This document shows positions 34,500 through 47,833 of a stretch of DNA of 64,000 nt, in pieces. The stretch is from the NCBI GenBank assembly GCA_004431415.1, contig QPMI01000519.1, positions 186,001 through 250,000 of the forward strand, written 5' to 3'. Both the position numbers and the translations under genes were made by a program. Source of the stretch: Cyanophora paradoxa CCMP329. Taxonomy: Eukaryota; Plantae; Glaucophyta. Position 1 is the stretch's first letter. Every line of letters starts with the position of its first letter. The notes under the pieces are model-generated. The model made no database searches. It was not told the origin of the DNA and was given only the letters and a program-made list of their open reading frames with translations.

Positions 34500-36968
34500 C
34501 TAGGCGCGGACGTGCTGGAAGACGATCTCGTGGTTCCCCTCGATCGTCGTGTTCGGCGGCGGCGGCCGCTGCGGAGGGTCGGGTAAGACGAAGACAGGAA
34601 GGCGGGAGGAGAGGAGGGGCGGGCCTGGGAGGGGGGTATGTTGAGCTGGAGCTTGGAGTTGACGACGAGGAGGGGGTTGACGGCGGCCATGACGTCCTCG
34701 TTGACCGAGATGCCGTCCAGGTACTGCTTGAGGATGGCGCGCAGGTCCTCGTTCTCCCGCTGCAGCCGCTCCTTCTCCCGGTCCATCGCCACCTTGTCCA
34801 GCAGCACCTGCCGGAGACGGGTTAGGCCGGGTCGCGCCGGCCCGGGCCGGGCGGCGCGCCTTGTTGTATCGCTTCATGAAGTTGTTGAGGTAGTCCCACT
34901 CGGCGATGGGCCGGCCCTTCTCGTCGGCGGCCGTCGCGTGCGCCGCGCGCTCCTTCTCGACCTCCTTGGAGATGGCGGGGCCCTCCCCGCCCGACCCCGA
35001 GCCCGAGCCCGAGGCGGAGGGGCCGGCGGCGCCCTCGATGGCGGCGGCCTTGAGCGCCGCCTTCTTCTCGGCCTCCACGGAGGAGCCGGCGGGGACGGCG
35101 GAGGAGGAGGAGGCGGCGGCGGGGCGCTCGAGGCCGAGCTGCTGGAGCGCCTGCTCCTCCTCCTCGTCCACGCTGCTCTTGTAGAAGGGCAGCACCTGCC
35201 CCCGGGGCCCGCCCGCCCCGCCGTCAGCCCCGCCCAGCTCGGCCCGGCCGGGGCCTCTGCCGGTGCACCTTCTCGCGCTCGGTCTCCATCTTGCGGTTGA
35301 GCTCGGCGAGCTTGATGATCTTCTCCGCCTGCGCCAGCCGCTCCTTCAGCTTCTTGATCGTGCTCCGCGCCTGCGGGCGAGCGCGCGGGCGGCGTCAGAG
35401 GGGGCGCCTCGGCCCGACGGGGCGGGGCCGGGGCCGGGGCGGGGGCCGGGGGCGGGCCGTGGTGGTGAGCTCGGTGAGGCGGCGGGCCTCGGCCTCGCGG
35501 AAGCGGTTCATCTTCGCCTTCAGCTCCTGGAAGTGCGCCGCGATCTGGCGGGAGGAGGCGGCGTCAGCGGCGCGCGGGGGCGGGCGGGAGGGGGGCGTGG
35601 AGGGCGGGCGCGCCTGGTCCTTCTCCTGCTCGAGCGCCCGGTTCCGCTCGTCGCACTCCCGCACGTTGTTCGCCGTCTTCATCTTCCAGTGCTGCGGCGC
35701 GCGGGGAGACTCAGGGCGGGAGGGGCGGCGGGGAGCTAAGGTCGCCCGCGGGGGCGGGCGGCGCCCGTCCCCCCCCGGCCCGGCCGCGGGGTGCGGGGCG
35801 CCCCGAGGGGGCGGACCTGGAGGGCGTCGTGGAGGCGCTGGAGCTTGCGCATGTTGGACTCGATGGTCTTGGCGCTCTCGCGGTCCTTGGTGGTGAGCTT
35901 CTTGAAGTCGTTGGTGCGCTGCTCGGTGTTGGCGACGTAGTTCTGGTGCGCCGACTCGAAGTGCCGCTCCAGCTCCTCGATCGTGCTCTCCAGCGTGATC
36001 CGCAGCACGTTGTACTCCTCCTGGTTCTTGTTCTTGATCTCCTCCCGCTGCGACTCGAACTCCTGCTCGCCCCGCCCCTCAGCCCCGGCCCGCCGGCGGG
36101 GCGCGGCGGCGCGGGGCGGGGCGGGGCGGCGGGGCGCGCCTGGCGCATCTCCTGCTCCTGCTCGTTGAACTCGGCCTCCATCGCCGCCATGATCTCCAGC
36201 AGCTCCTTCTTCTCCGCGTTGTGCTGCGCGATGATCTCCGCCCTGCGTCCCCCCGCGCCCCGCTCAGCCGCCGCGATGCGCGCCGCAGCCGCCGCCCCCG
36301 CGGGGCCCGCGCACCGCTCCTTCCCGAACTCCTCCTCCAGGATGGCGAGGTCCTTCTCGAACTCGTCCTGCAGCGCGCGCACGCGGCTCATCTGGAGCTG
36401 TATGAGCTCGTCCACGTTCTGCAGGTGCGACCGCAGCGCCCACTGGTACCTGCCCCGCGCGGTGAGCGTGGGCGGGCCGGCCGGGGCGGAGAGCGGGCGG
36501 CGGGGCGGGCGGGGGGGCGGGCGGCGGCGCACTGCTCCTCGGCATCGTCGAGGTCGCGGTCATACATGAGAATGATAGCGTCCTTCCGGTCAACTTCGCG
36601 CTCGTGGTTCTGGCTGTGGATCTCAATGTCCTTCTTCAGCTCGTCCACCTTCGCCTTCCGCATGATGCGGATCCAGGTTTGCTGGACCTTCATCATGTTC
36701 AGCTTTGCATAGCGCTCCTCCGCTAGCTGCTTTTCCTGCGCTCACACGCGGCCGGGGCCGCGAGGTGTTAGCTGCGGCGGCTTCGGGCGGGCGGGAGGGC
36801 GCCAGAGCCGACCCGTAGCCTCGCTCGCATCTTCTCCTCTTTCTCCCGCATCGCCTCCTCGTTCTTGTAGGCGTCCATCTCTAACCGAAGGCCCGCATCC
36901 TTGCCCTTCTTCTTGCCGCCTTTCTTCGCCTTCGCTCCGCCCTTGACTGCTTTGCCGACACGTGCCAT
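34500..36968 (-). CDS. DRC2: nexin-dynein regulatory complex subunit DRC2 (CCDC65/FAP250)
   Basis: [50 protein letters not shown]...[27 protein letters not shown] and the C-terminal [23 protein letters not shown]...NPLLVVN match CCDC65 as recalled. Confidence 0.9.
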
Positions 36969-37275
36969 CGCTCTGCCGGGCCGCCGCTGCCGAGTGCCGC
37001 TCTGGTTCGGTGCTTCCGCTTCGGGCTGCTTTCAAGTACCCCTGGCGTTGGGCCGAACTTCCCCCCGCCGGACGATTCGCGACAGCAGGCCCTCAGCGCT
37101 ACGCTCTACAGCCTTCTATAGCTCCACAGACGCGCTTGGTGCCGGACAGGAGCTTAGCTTCGGTGGCAAGCGTCTGTTGACCGGCGAGAGCGTCGCTTGC
37201 GACGGGCGTGAGCGTCCTGGCTCTGGGAGATACGCTGGAGTTCTTTGAGGCGCATTGGCCGCCTAGCGCCCGGCC

Positions 37276-40200
37276 ATGGGCGAGCCCGAGAATCTGCCCA
37301 GCCGGGTGGAGCTCAACATCGCCTGCGCGCACCTGCCCAAGCTGGATGTGCTCAGCGAGAGCGACCCGTTCTGCGTCCTCTACATCAAGGACGCTATCTC
37401 GGGCTGGAAGGAGTATGACCGAAGTGCGCTCCCCGCGCGCCCGTCCTCGCGCTCGGCCGCTGACGCCGCTGCGCCCGCGCCGCAGCTGAGACCATAGAGT
37501 GCGTTGTCGGCCCTCGTCCCACTGCCCCGCCCCGCCGCTAACGCGCGCGCCCGCTCGGAACGCTCCCCTCGCGACCTCCGCAGCAACTGTGCGTTCCGCC
37601 CCGCGCCGCCGCGCCGCCGCTGACCGTGGGGGCACGGCGCAGGCCCGAACCCGTCGTTCGTGAAGCGGTTCGGGCTGGACTACTACTTCGAGGAGAACCA
37701 GGTGCGGCGCCGGGCGCCGGCCCCGGGGCGCGCCCCCCGCCCCGCACCCTCACGGGCCTCGGCGGCGGGGCAGCCGCTGCGGTTCGCGGTGTACGACCGG
37801 GACACGAAGTCGGAGGACCTCGCCCAGCACGACTTCATCGGCGAGATGGCGCGCCCCGCCCCGCCCCGCCCCCTCACCCGCCCAGCCGAGCCCCGCCCCG
37901 CGCCCCTCAGTCGCGCTTCGCCGTATAGCCGCGCCGCTTAGCCTCAAGCTAGCTGCGTGGCCCCGCGCGCCCGCCGCTAAGCCGCGCGGCGCCTCAGACG
38001 GGCTCTCGGCCGCGCGCCGGCTGAGAGCGCGCGCCTCGAGCGCAGACGTGCGTGCTCTCGGAGATCGTGACGGCGCGGGGCCAGACCATCACCCGGCCCC
38101 TCCGGTGCCCGGCAACCCGCCCCGCCCCCCGCCCGTGCCGCCGCTGAGCTTCAGCGGGGGGCAGGGACGCGGCGCACCCGGGGCGGGCGGGGGGTACGAT
38201 CACGGTGGCCTCGGAGGAGGTGCGCGCCTCCAAGGAGGTCGCCACGTGCGTTCGTTCGTTCTTGCCCGGAGCGCCCGAGCGAGACGGCCCCGCCGCTGGC
38301 CACCTCGGCCGAGGCTGGCTGGAGCTGAGGGGCGCGCCCCCCCACCCCCTCCCGCAGCTTCCAGCTCTCGATCTCGAAGGCGCCCACGGGGGGCGGCCGT
38401 GCGCCCTCCCCATCCGCCCCTCCTCCCCATCCCGCCCGACGCCCCCCCGACGCGCCCCTCGCCCCATGCAGTGTTCGGGGGGTGCATGAGCGGCGGGCCG
38501 CGCGAGTTCTTCCTCTCCATCGCCCGCGCCAAGGAGGGCGGCTCCTTCGCCACCGTCTACCGCTCCGAGGTCGCCCGCGTGCGTCCACCCCCGCGCCCCC
38601 CTCCATCCTCCCTCTCTTCTCCTTCTTCTGCTGAGCCCTTTCCCCAGGGCGAGAAGGGCGTGCTGGTCTTCAAGTCATTCGACATCGACGTGCAGCGGTC
38701 CGCCCGCCCCGCGCATACCCAATCCCCGCTGCTTCGCTGCCTTCCCCGCCTCACGGGCTCCCCGCAGGCTGTGCATGGGGGACGCGAACCACCCGCTCAC
38801 CATCGAGCTCTTCCGGCACCGCGCTGACGGGGCCCACTCCTGCGTCGCCCGCGCCGAGGCCCGCCCCGCCCCCTCCACCCGCCCTCTTCTCCTCGCCGAA
38901 GCTGAGCCGCCTGGGCAGGCGAGCTACGGGCAGCTGAGGCGGCCCGGGGCGCGGGTCAAGTTCCACGCGCCGGGCCCCGCCTCGTCGCGGACGGCCCTGG
39001 GCAAGCCCCTCGCCACCGAGCTCTCCGTCGACAAGGCCCTCGTCACCACCCAGGACAGGTCCGCGGAGGAGGCTCTACCCCGCCCGGGCTCCACCCGCTC
39101 ACCCCGCGCACCCCGCCAGCTTCATCGACTACGTGGTGGGCGGCTGCGAGATATCCCTCATCGCCGCCATCGACTTCACCTCCTCAAACGGGTGCCGTGT
39201 CCCCGCCCCACCGTGTGGGCCAGTCGATCGCACCGCCCAATTCTCTCGCCCCCGCCCCGCAGGATGCCGACGCACCCGGACAGCCTGCACTATTTGGGGG
39301 CGGGGGCCGAGTTCACCAGCAACCCCAACGAGTACATGGCGCGCCCGTACCCCCTCCCGCCTCTCTCCTCGTACCCCCCCTGACTTCTCTCCCCGCCTTG
39401 CTCCCACAGAAAGCGATCCTGAGCGTGGGCGAAATATTAGCGTACTACACCCACGACCGGTCCTTCGCTGTGCGTACCCTCCGCTTCCTCCCCTCCTCCG
39501 GGCCAATGCTCAGCGGGGGTACAGGCGTACGGGTTCGGGGCGAAGCTCCCGCCGGACTGGCAGGTCTCCCACTGCTGGGCCCTCAACGGGGACGAGTCCA
39601 ACGTGCGCCCTCCCCCACTGCCGCGCTCCCCGCTTTCTCCTCACCGCGTACCCCCCAGCCGTTCGTGAAGGACGTGGCGGGGGTGATCGAGGCGTACGTG
39701 AGCACGCTGCGGGTCGTCCGCCTCCACGGGCCCACCATCTTCTCCCAGGCCGGCCCCCCGCCCCGCCCCGCCCCGCTCCGGCCCCGGCCCGCGGCGCGCC
39801 TCGCGCTGACCGTGCGGGGGCGGCAGGTGGTGCGCAAGGCGGCGGACCTCGCGGCCAAGGCCGCCTCCAACTTCACCCAGCAGAAGCAGGCCCGCCCCGC
39901 CTCGCCCGGAGCGCCTCCGCCGGGGCCCCTCGCCCTCTCACGCCGCCCGCGCAGCTGTATTACATGCTCCTCGTGATCACCGACGGCGTCATCAACGGTG
40001 CGCGCCCCCGCCCGCCCGGCCCCGCCCGCCGGCCCCGCCCCTGAGCCTGGTTCGCGACGGCAGACATGGAGGCGACGGTGGCGGAGATCGTCCGCGCCTC
40101 CGACGTGCGCCCCGCCCCCTCCCCCCCACGGCCCAGCGGCCCCCCTCCGAACCCCCCCCCCCCCCCCCCCCCCCCTCCCCGCGCAGCTGCCGCTCTCGGT

Positions 40201-41678
40201 GGTGATCGTGGGCGTCGGCGACGCCGACTTCACATACAGCGCGCCCCCGCCCCGGCTCCCCGCCCTCCAGCCCCCCCCTGACGCCGCCGGCAGTGCGGAC
40301 GCTGGACGCGGACGACGTGCCGCTGCAGTCGAACGGGCGGACCATGCAGCGCGACATCGTGCAGGTGGGAGGGCGCCCCCCGCGCCGCCCGGGCGCCCGG
40401 CTGAGCCGCCCCCGCCGGCTGGGGCAGTTCGTGCCGTACCGGGACTTTAAGGAGCTCCACTACTCCCGCCTCGCCAAGGAGACCCTCGCCGAGATCCCCG
40501 ACCAGGTCCCACCCGCCCCCGCCCCGTCCCCGGCTGCAGCTTTAGAGTGGCGAAGACGGGGGGCCCGCCGGCTCACCCCTCCCCGGGCCCCGCCCCGCCG
40601 CGCAGTTCCTCTCCTACGTGCGCAAGAAGGGGATCCGGGCGAACGCGCCGCGGGCGCCGGCCCCCGCGCCCCGGCCGGACCCGGGCCTCTCGCAGACGGC
40701 CGGCTCCCTCAAGGCCCAGCTGGAGGCCGCCCGCGCCGAGATCGCCGAGGAGGTCGCCGCCGGCGCCTCCGCCTCCGCCAGCGCCGCGCACGTCTCCGTC
40801 TCCTCCCTCCCCCGCACCGCCTCCGTCTCCGCCGCCGCCTCCGGCGCCGCCTCCTCCTCCGTCCGCGTCGCCCGCACGACCTCGAGCGCCGCGCACCGCT
40901 CCCCGCTCCACCAGGCCGCCGCCGCCCTCGCCGCCGGCGGCTCCTTCTCCGCCGGCCGCCCGCCCGCCCCCGCCCACCCCGCCGCCCCCGGCTCCGTCCG
41001 CTCCCTCCCTGGGACCGTCCAGGAGGCGGCAGAGGAGCCGGAGCCGCCGCCGGGCGGGGAGGGGCACGCCTCGGGCTCAGGGGCCGCCTCGGGTCGTGGG
41101 GGGCGCCCCCGAGGGCGAGGGCCACGTGCTGCGCTCCCTCGCCGCCGCCCGGGGCGCCCCCGGCCCCGGCTCCCGCACCGCCTCCGCCGCCCCGGCCTCC
41201 AGCGCAGCGCCTCCCTCGCCTCTTCGGCCGCCGGCGGCGGGGGCGGGGGCGGGGGCGGGGGCGGGGGCGGGGGGGCGCCCCTCGCGGGGCGGCTGGGCTC
41301 GATGGCGGGGAGCTTCCGGGGGGGCCCCGCGGGGGCGAGCGCCAACGCCTCCATCCGGTCCACCTCCGAGGACCGCCTCAACTGCAAGGCCCGCCCCCCG
41401 CGACTCCCCGCCGAGTGACGTGAGCCGCCTCCTTCGTCCGGCTGACGCGGGGCGGGGCACAGATCTGCATGGCGGCGGAGGTGAACCGGGTGCTGGTGCC
41501 CTGCCGCCACGCCTGCACCTGCGGCGCCTGCTGCGAGGTCCTGCTCGCCCAGGCGCGCCCCCCGCCCTGCCCGATACTTTCCCTTTGGCGAGCGCACGCC
41601 CCGCATGCGCAGAACGCGGCGCGGTGCCCGATCTGCAGGCAGCCCGTCTACACCTCCATGGAGCTCTTTATCTCCTGA
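37276..41678 (+). CDS. copine (C2A-C2B-vWA) with C-terminal C3HC4 RING finger
   Basis: VELNIACAHLPKLDVLSESDPFCVLY...RTETIDNCPNPSFVKRF..DYYFEENQPLRFAVYD; vWA FIDYVVGGCEISLIAAIDFTSSNG...SLHY...YGFGAKLP...GPTIFS...YYMLLVITDGVI...LPLSVVIVGVGDADF...RDIVQFVPYRDF...ETLAEIPDQFLSY; RING CKICM...VLVPCRHACTCGACC...CPICR. Confidence 0.9.
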
Positions 41679-42333
41679 GGCCGCCCCGCCCCGCCCCACC
41701 CCCACGCGCCCCACGGCCCCCGCCCCACCCCACCACCGTCCACCGTGGCACCCCGTGAAAGCCTTCAAGCCGAGAGAGCGCTATAGCTAGCTATACAGTA
41801 GCGATTGCTGAAGGCTCCGGCCACCAGTACCCCGGCTGTGCGGCTGTGCCCCTACACGAGATCGGAGAGACAGTGATATGGTTTTTTTTTCCAGCGATTG
41901 ACGGCTTCCGAATTTCAGATACCCGGCTCGTGACCTCTGTAGGCTGTAGCGCTGCGGGCCTGCGGCCGGGCGCGCGCGGCGTCGCATCAGCCCGCGCCGC
42001 GTATTTGTAGCCGCCATCGCGTCGCAAAAGGAAGCCCCAGATCTAGACCCGCGGGCCGCAGGCCCGCAGCTCCCGCGCGCACCTGTTCCTTCCGAGCAAT
42101 CTCCGTCAACGTCGACGTCACAGCGTCCTAGTGAGACCGTTGAACAACCAAGTATACGTACGCGTGTCGACGGGCCTCGGCAAACGGCTCTGTGCACGCG
42201 TACGTGCACGTCACGGCTCGAGCTCCCTGCAGCTGTGCGCAGCTACAGCTGGCCATGGGGCTGTACGTGTGTCCTCAGATCGCAGATCGCCGATCGCTGA
42301 CGCACACTGCCCATTGATCGATCTACATGACCC

Positions 42334-43523
42334 ATGCCGCACGCGTCGGCTGTGCACGCTTCCGTGGCGCCCGCGCCGTCCTCGAGCTCGTCCGGATCCC
42401 CGGAGGATGTGTGTGACGCGGCCGGCCGCTCCTCCCTGCAGCCGCACCTGCCCTTCCAGAAGCGCCTTTCGAGGAGCCCGTCGCTCGCGCACCTGCGGGC
42501 CATCCTCCTCCAGCCGCGCCGCTGGTCCCGCGGCCTCGGCCTCTCCCGCCCGCGCCTTGGCCAGCGCTCCGCATCGGACCCAGACACGACCACCGACTCC
42601 GCTTCCGCCGCGGTCGGCGCCCGCGGCGCCCGCGGCATTCTTCGCTCGGTCCAACGCAGCATCGCCCCGCGCCAGCCCTACCGCGCCGTGTCCGCACCGG
42701 CCCTCCCGCCCCGCGCCCCCGCGGCCGCCCCTCCGCTCACGTGCGCGTGCATGCGCTGCACAGGTGGGAGTGCTCGGTCGCCCTCCTGACCCTCTACTAG
42801 TGCGCCGCCCCGCCGCGCGCCTCGGTGCCCACCCGACGCTGAGCCGCGCGCCCCGCCCCGCCCCTCTGCAGCGTCGTCGCCGCCCCCTTCGAGGTCGCCT
42901 TCAAGTACACCCACCTCCGCCCCCCCGGCCTCGTCGCCTGTGCGCCTCGACGTTCCAGCAATGAAACAGATTATAATTAGCCGCAAACTGATTCCATCCT
43001 ATTAATATTTCCGCAGGGGAGCTCGTCGTGGACTTCTGCCTCCTCGCCGACTGCCTCCTCCACCTCGTCGCCCCCTTCGAGGAGGCCGCCGGAGCCGCCG
43101 GGCAGGGCCCCGGCCCCGGCTCGGGCTCGGGCTCGGGCTCGCAAGTGGCAGTCGAGTACCGCGTGCACCGAATCGGTCCGACTTGCATCCCGATCCCGCC
43201 CTTCAACCCTTTCCTGAGCTGGAGCGCCCTCCCCGCCTGGCGCGCGCAGCCCTGCGCTATGGCCGCTCCTGGCTCGTTCCCGACCTCCTCTCCTCCATCC
43301 CCGTGCGCCCGGGGGCCGGGGCGCCGGGGGCGCCCCGCCCAGCGCGATCGCGAGGCCTCGAGCTCACGCGCGGCCCCCCCGCATCTCGCCGCGCGCAGGC
43401 CGATCTCATCGCCGACGCCGGCGCCGCCAAGGCCTTCCGGTATCCCCCCCCCCCCTTCCGCCCCCCCCCCCCCCTTCCGCCCCCTCCGCCCGTGGCCACC
43501 CTTCGACCTCCTCCTCCTCTTAC

Positions 43524-43569
<46 letters not shown>

Positions 43570-45892
43570 CCTTTCTCCCAGGTACCTGAAGGTGCTGAGG
43601 GTCCTGCGCCTGGCGCGCCTCCTCGAGACCGTCCGCGCCCACGGCCTCGTGCGCCCCGCCCCGGCCCCGGCCCCTCCCCCACGCCTTCCCCCCCCGCTCC
43701 CCCCAGCGCGCCCCGCGCAGCTCTCGAAGCTCGAGGCGCGGACGGGGCTGTACCCCGGGGCCGGCCGCTTTCTCGTGCTGGCAGCGGCCATCGGCCTCAT
43801 CGCCCACTTCTTCTGCTGCCTCCAGGTCCCGTCCGGGGGTTCTCTGGGCCAGACGAGGCCCGCAGCTCGGGTTCGAGCGAGGCTGACGGGCCCGCGCGCA
43901 GTTTTACGCGGCGACGTTCGAGGGGCCGGGGCACGTGGACCCCGACTCGTGGGTGGTGGCCCACGGCCTGCAGGACGCCCCCGTCTCCTCCCAGGCGCGC
44001 GCGCAGCCCGCAGCCTTGCACCGCCGCGCCGCCGCTGACGAGCGGGGGCGGGGGGTAGTATCTTATCTGCATCTACTGGGTGCTCACGACGCTGACGACC
44101 ACGGGCTACGGCGACATCGTCCCGGGTGCGTCGACCGAAACCACACATACCATACCCCCTGGCTGCCGCCGGGGCGGCGGCTGAGGTGCCGGCGGACTCT
44201 CGCGCAGGCTCGGACCGCGAGAAGGCCGTCACCCTCTTCATGTTCCTCGTGCGCGCTTGCTGGGGGAGGGGGGTGGCGTCCCGGCAGCGGGCGACGGTGC
44301 GGGGCGGGGGCGGGGCAGGTGGGCGCGGCGGTCTTCGCCTTCCTCGTCGGCTCCGTCACCAACCTCGCCGCCTCCCTCGACCGCCCCGTGCGCCCCCCGA
44401 GGCCCGACCCCTACCCTGCCTCGGCCCTTTTGTTTAGAACTGCAACCTTGAGAGAGCGCTCGCTCGCGCCCGCCCCGCACGGACCTCGCCGGGCACGTCC
44501 CGTGCCGAGCCTCGGCCGCTGACGCCCTCGGCGGGCCCGGGCAGGCGGCGGTGTACCGGGAGCGGCTGGACGCGCTCGCCGCCTTCCTCGCGTACCACCG
44601 CGTCCCGGGGGACCTCGCCCGCCGCATCCGCGCCTTCTACGAGCACTTCCTCGTCCGCCCCGCGCCCCCCGCCCTGGCCCTGGAGGTCCGCGGCTGACGG
44701 AGGGCTGGGGGCGGGGCGGGGCGGGGGGCAGCGGGGCTCGCTGGCGTTCAACGAGGGGGCGCTGCTGGGGGACCTCTCGCCGCCGCTGCGCACCGAGCTC
44801 GCCCTCTTCCGCCACAAGGAGCTCCTCCTCAAGGTCGTCCCAGAGGGCAGAGGGCAGGGGCTAGGCGCCCTAGGCCTCCAGGAGCGGCTAAAGCTCAGCG
44901 CAGCTCGCATTCGCTCCCGCCGACGCCTCCTGCCGCTCTCGCAGAGCGCGCTGTTCCGGAAGGTGGCCGACCGGCGCTTCCTCGAGCGCGTCGCAAGCCT
45001 CCTCCGCCGCGCCACCTTCGGGCCCGGCGACCAGGCCCGCCCCACTGCTCGGCCGCCTCTCCCCTCCGACCTCACTCCCACGCAGATCTTCTTCGCGGGG
45101 GAGCGCGGCACGGAGATGTTCTTCGTGGACCGGTCCGCCCGCCCCGGGCCCGCCGCGGCCGCCTAGCCCTCGATCCTAGAACCTCCCACAACGCCCTCGT
45201 GCTATCGCCTGGCTCTTCCACCGCTCGCGCTTGCTGAGGCGCTCGTTCGGCGGGGGCAGGGGCCGGGTGCGGATCGCGGTGGGCGAGGAGGCGGCGCCGC
45301 GCACCATCGCCGTCCTCGCCCCCGGCAACTTCCTCGGCGAGGTCCGCCCCGCCGCCCCCCGCGCATCTCGGGAAGGCCACGAATAGGAGCTTTCCCCTTG
45401 TCCACGGGCCTCCCACCCGCTTCTCTCTCGGCCGCGACCCTCCTTTCCGCCCCCCGCGGCGGCGCAGATCGCGGTGCTGACGGCGTCGGTCCGCACGGCG
45501 CACGCCATCGCCCTCGGGTTCTGCGGTGAGCGGGGCCGGGGCCGCCCCGGCCCCCCGCCCTCACCCCTCTTCCCGCGGGGCAGAGCTGTACGCGCTCTCG
45601 AAGGAGGACCTGGCGGGGGTCCTGCACGACTTCCCCCACGTCCAGGACATGTTCGCCGTGCGCCCCCTCCGAGCCCCCGTACGCGTCTCAAGTTGAAGCT
45701 AGTGCTTCCTCCCCGCTCCCTCCCCCCCAAGCTTCTCATGCTCGCGATGCGACCCTCACGCAATTATATTGCACCGTCCAACTGCGTGCCTGTGCACAGT
45801 GCGGCCGCGCTGAGGTCGGCGCGCAGGAGACTGCGATGCGGCGGCTGGCGGAGAACGCGGAGCGGGACAGGGCGCGCCTCCTCGAGGAGCAG

Positions 45893-45933
<41 letters not shown>

Positions 45934-47276
45934 GAAGGCCGGCGCGGATCCCGACCGCGAGGGCGGGGCGCGGCCCTCGGCGGGGGCAGGGGCGGGGCCG
46001 GCCTGCGCGCCTCCGTCGGGTGGGGCCCCGCCCCCGCCGCCGCCGCCGCCGCGGCCGGGCCGGGGCCCCTTGTTCTTCCGGCGCACGACGTCGACGAGTC
46101 GGACGTGGCACCCTTCGACGGCCCCCGCAAGTCGGCCCGCATCCACGGCGATGGCGCCGGTGAGGCCGAGGCCGGCGAGTCGACTCTGCAGGAGGGCGGC
46201 GCCCCGCTGACGAACAGCCGCCTCGCGACCTGTCGCCGCAGTGACGGAGCGGGCGGTGCGGGCGGCGGAGGCGGAGGACGAGACGGAGGCGGCGGAGGCG
46301 GCCGCGGCGGAGGCGGCGGAGCGGGAGCAGCACGCGCGGGACGCGGCAGAGGCGAAGGCGGCCCTGGCGCGGGCGCAGGCGCAGGCGACGGAGGCCGGCT
46401 CGGGCACGGGCCCGGCGCCTGTCGTCCTGCAGGCGAGCCCTCGCTCCACTCCGCTCCGCCGCGCACTCGCCCACTTTGCGCATGCGCAGGCCGGGGCGGC
46501 GGCGCTGGAGGCGGTGGCGGAGGGGGCGGCGTGCCTGCGCCCCAAGGTCCGGCAGCGCATGCTCGACACGATGGTGCCTGGTTTCGAGTTCGGACCTCGG
46601 TTTTACAGTCCGTGTCGGGTTGAGAGTCGCTGGGGCGCAGGCAGAGATGGCGGCGCCGCAGCGCTCGCGGCTGCCGCCAATGCTGGCGTCGGTGCCAGCG
46701 CCGATCATCGCGATCACGGCTCGCGCCTCGCACGCACCTTCGGTGCTGTCGGTGCCGCCGCCATCTGCGGCTGCGGAGGCGTCGCAACACGGGAGCGCCT
46801 CGAACACGAACCGGGTCGGGTCCGACGCGGGCGCCGACGAGTCGGATGACCCCGAGGACCTCCTCCTGCTTCCCTCCTTCCCCTCCGGCTCCGCCTCGAG
46901 CTCGGGCAAGCGCCCGCCCCGCGTCTGGCGCGCCGCCGCGGGCTCGGCGGCTGCAGCCACGGCGGCGGAGGTGCGGGCGCTGGTGGCCGAGCAGCGGGCG
47001 GCGCGGGCGCTGCTGGAGGAGACGGCGGCCGCCGTGCGCGCCCTCGCCGCCGCCGTCGAGCGCATCGAGCGCCGCGCCGCCGGCGCCGGCGCCGGCGACG
47101 GCGACGCGGCAGGGGGCGCAGCGGGCGGCGGCGGCGGCGGCGCGGGCAGCGGCGGCGGCAGTGGTGCCGAGCGGGAGAGCGCGTCGAGGTCTGCCCCCGC
47201 CGGGGGCGAGGAGCGGGGGCGAGCCCTCATGGCCAGCAGACCGGCCCCGCCCGCCGATTCCTCCCCTCCGGCATGA
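42334..47276 (+). CDS. voltage-gated K+ channel with cyclic-nucleotide-binding domain (EAG/plant-Shaker/HCN-like)
   Basis: S4 LKVLRVLRLARLL, S5 AHFFCCLQF, pore YWVLTTLTTTGYGDIVP (GYGD filter), CNBD IFFAGERGTEMFFVDRGRV...GNFLGEIAVL..SVRTAHAIALGFCELYALSKEDL, long low-complexity C-terminus. Confidence 0.88.
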
Positions 47277-47833
47277 TCGTCCGCACGCCGCTTTACACCC
47301 CCCGAGGCGGCGACATGCAGCTATGAGCGAGCAAGTGGGCGGCCAACGCCGGCCATGAGATCTAGATCGATATCCTATTACTTCCTGATATTTAATTTAG
47401 TACATAGTATTCGGGTGCTATTTATTTTTGTTTGTTAAGTGGCTGTTGTACGTGTTCGTCTTCAACGTATACGTATACGCAGATATTCGTATACGTAGTT
47501 CTAGTCTTCTAGATCTAGATATGCTTAGCTATTCTGTTTATTCACTCTATATCATCTCAATCAATTTCTAGATATCGCGATCGATCACAGAAGGCACCGT
47601 ATCAAACACAGCTCAAGCTCTAAAAAACATGCACTGCCGCGCAGAAGGCCCCGTACCAACAGCTCAAACTCAAGCTCTAAGCTTGAGCTCTAAAATAATG
47701 CATGCATGTGAGCATTTAGCTTACAATAAAAAACATTAATCACAGAGGCTCTGAGTCTCTAGCAAACAGCACTAAACTTGAAAGTGAATTCAATGATTTT
47801 AAAAATGACATAGAAGCTCATGATCATGCTCTC

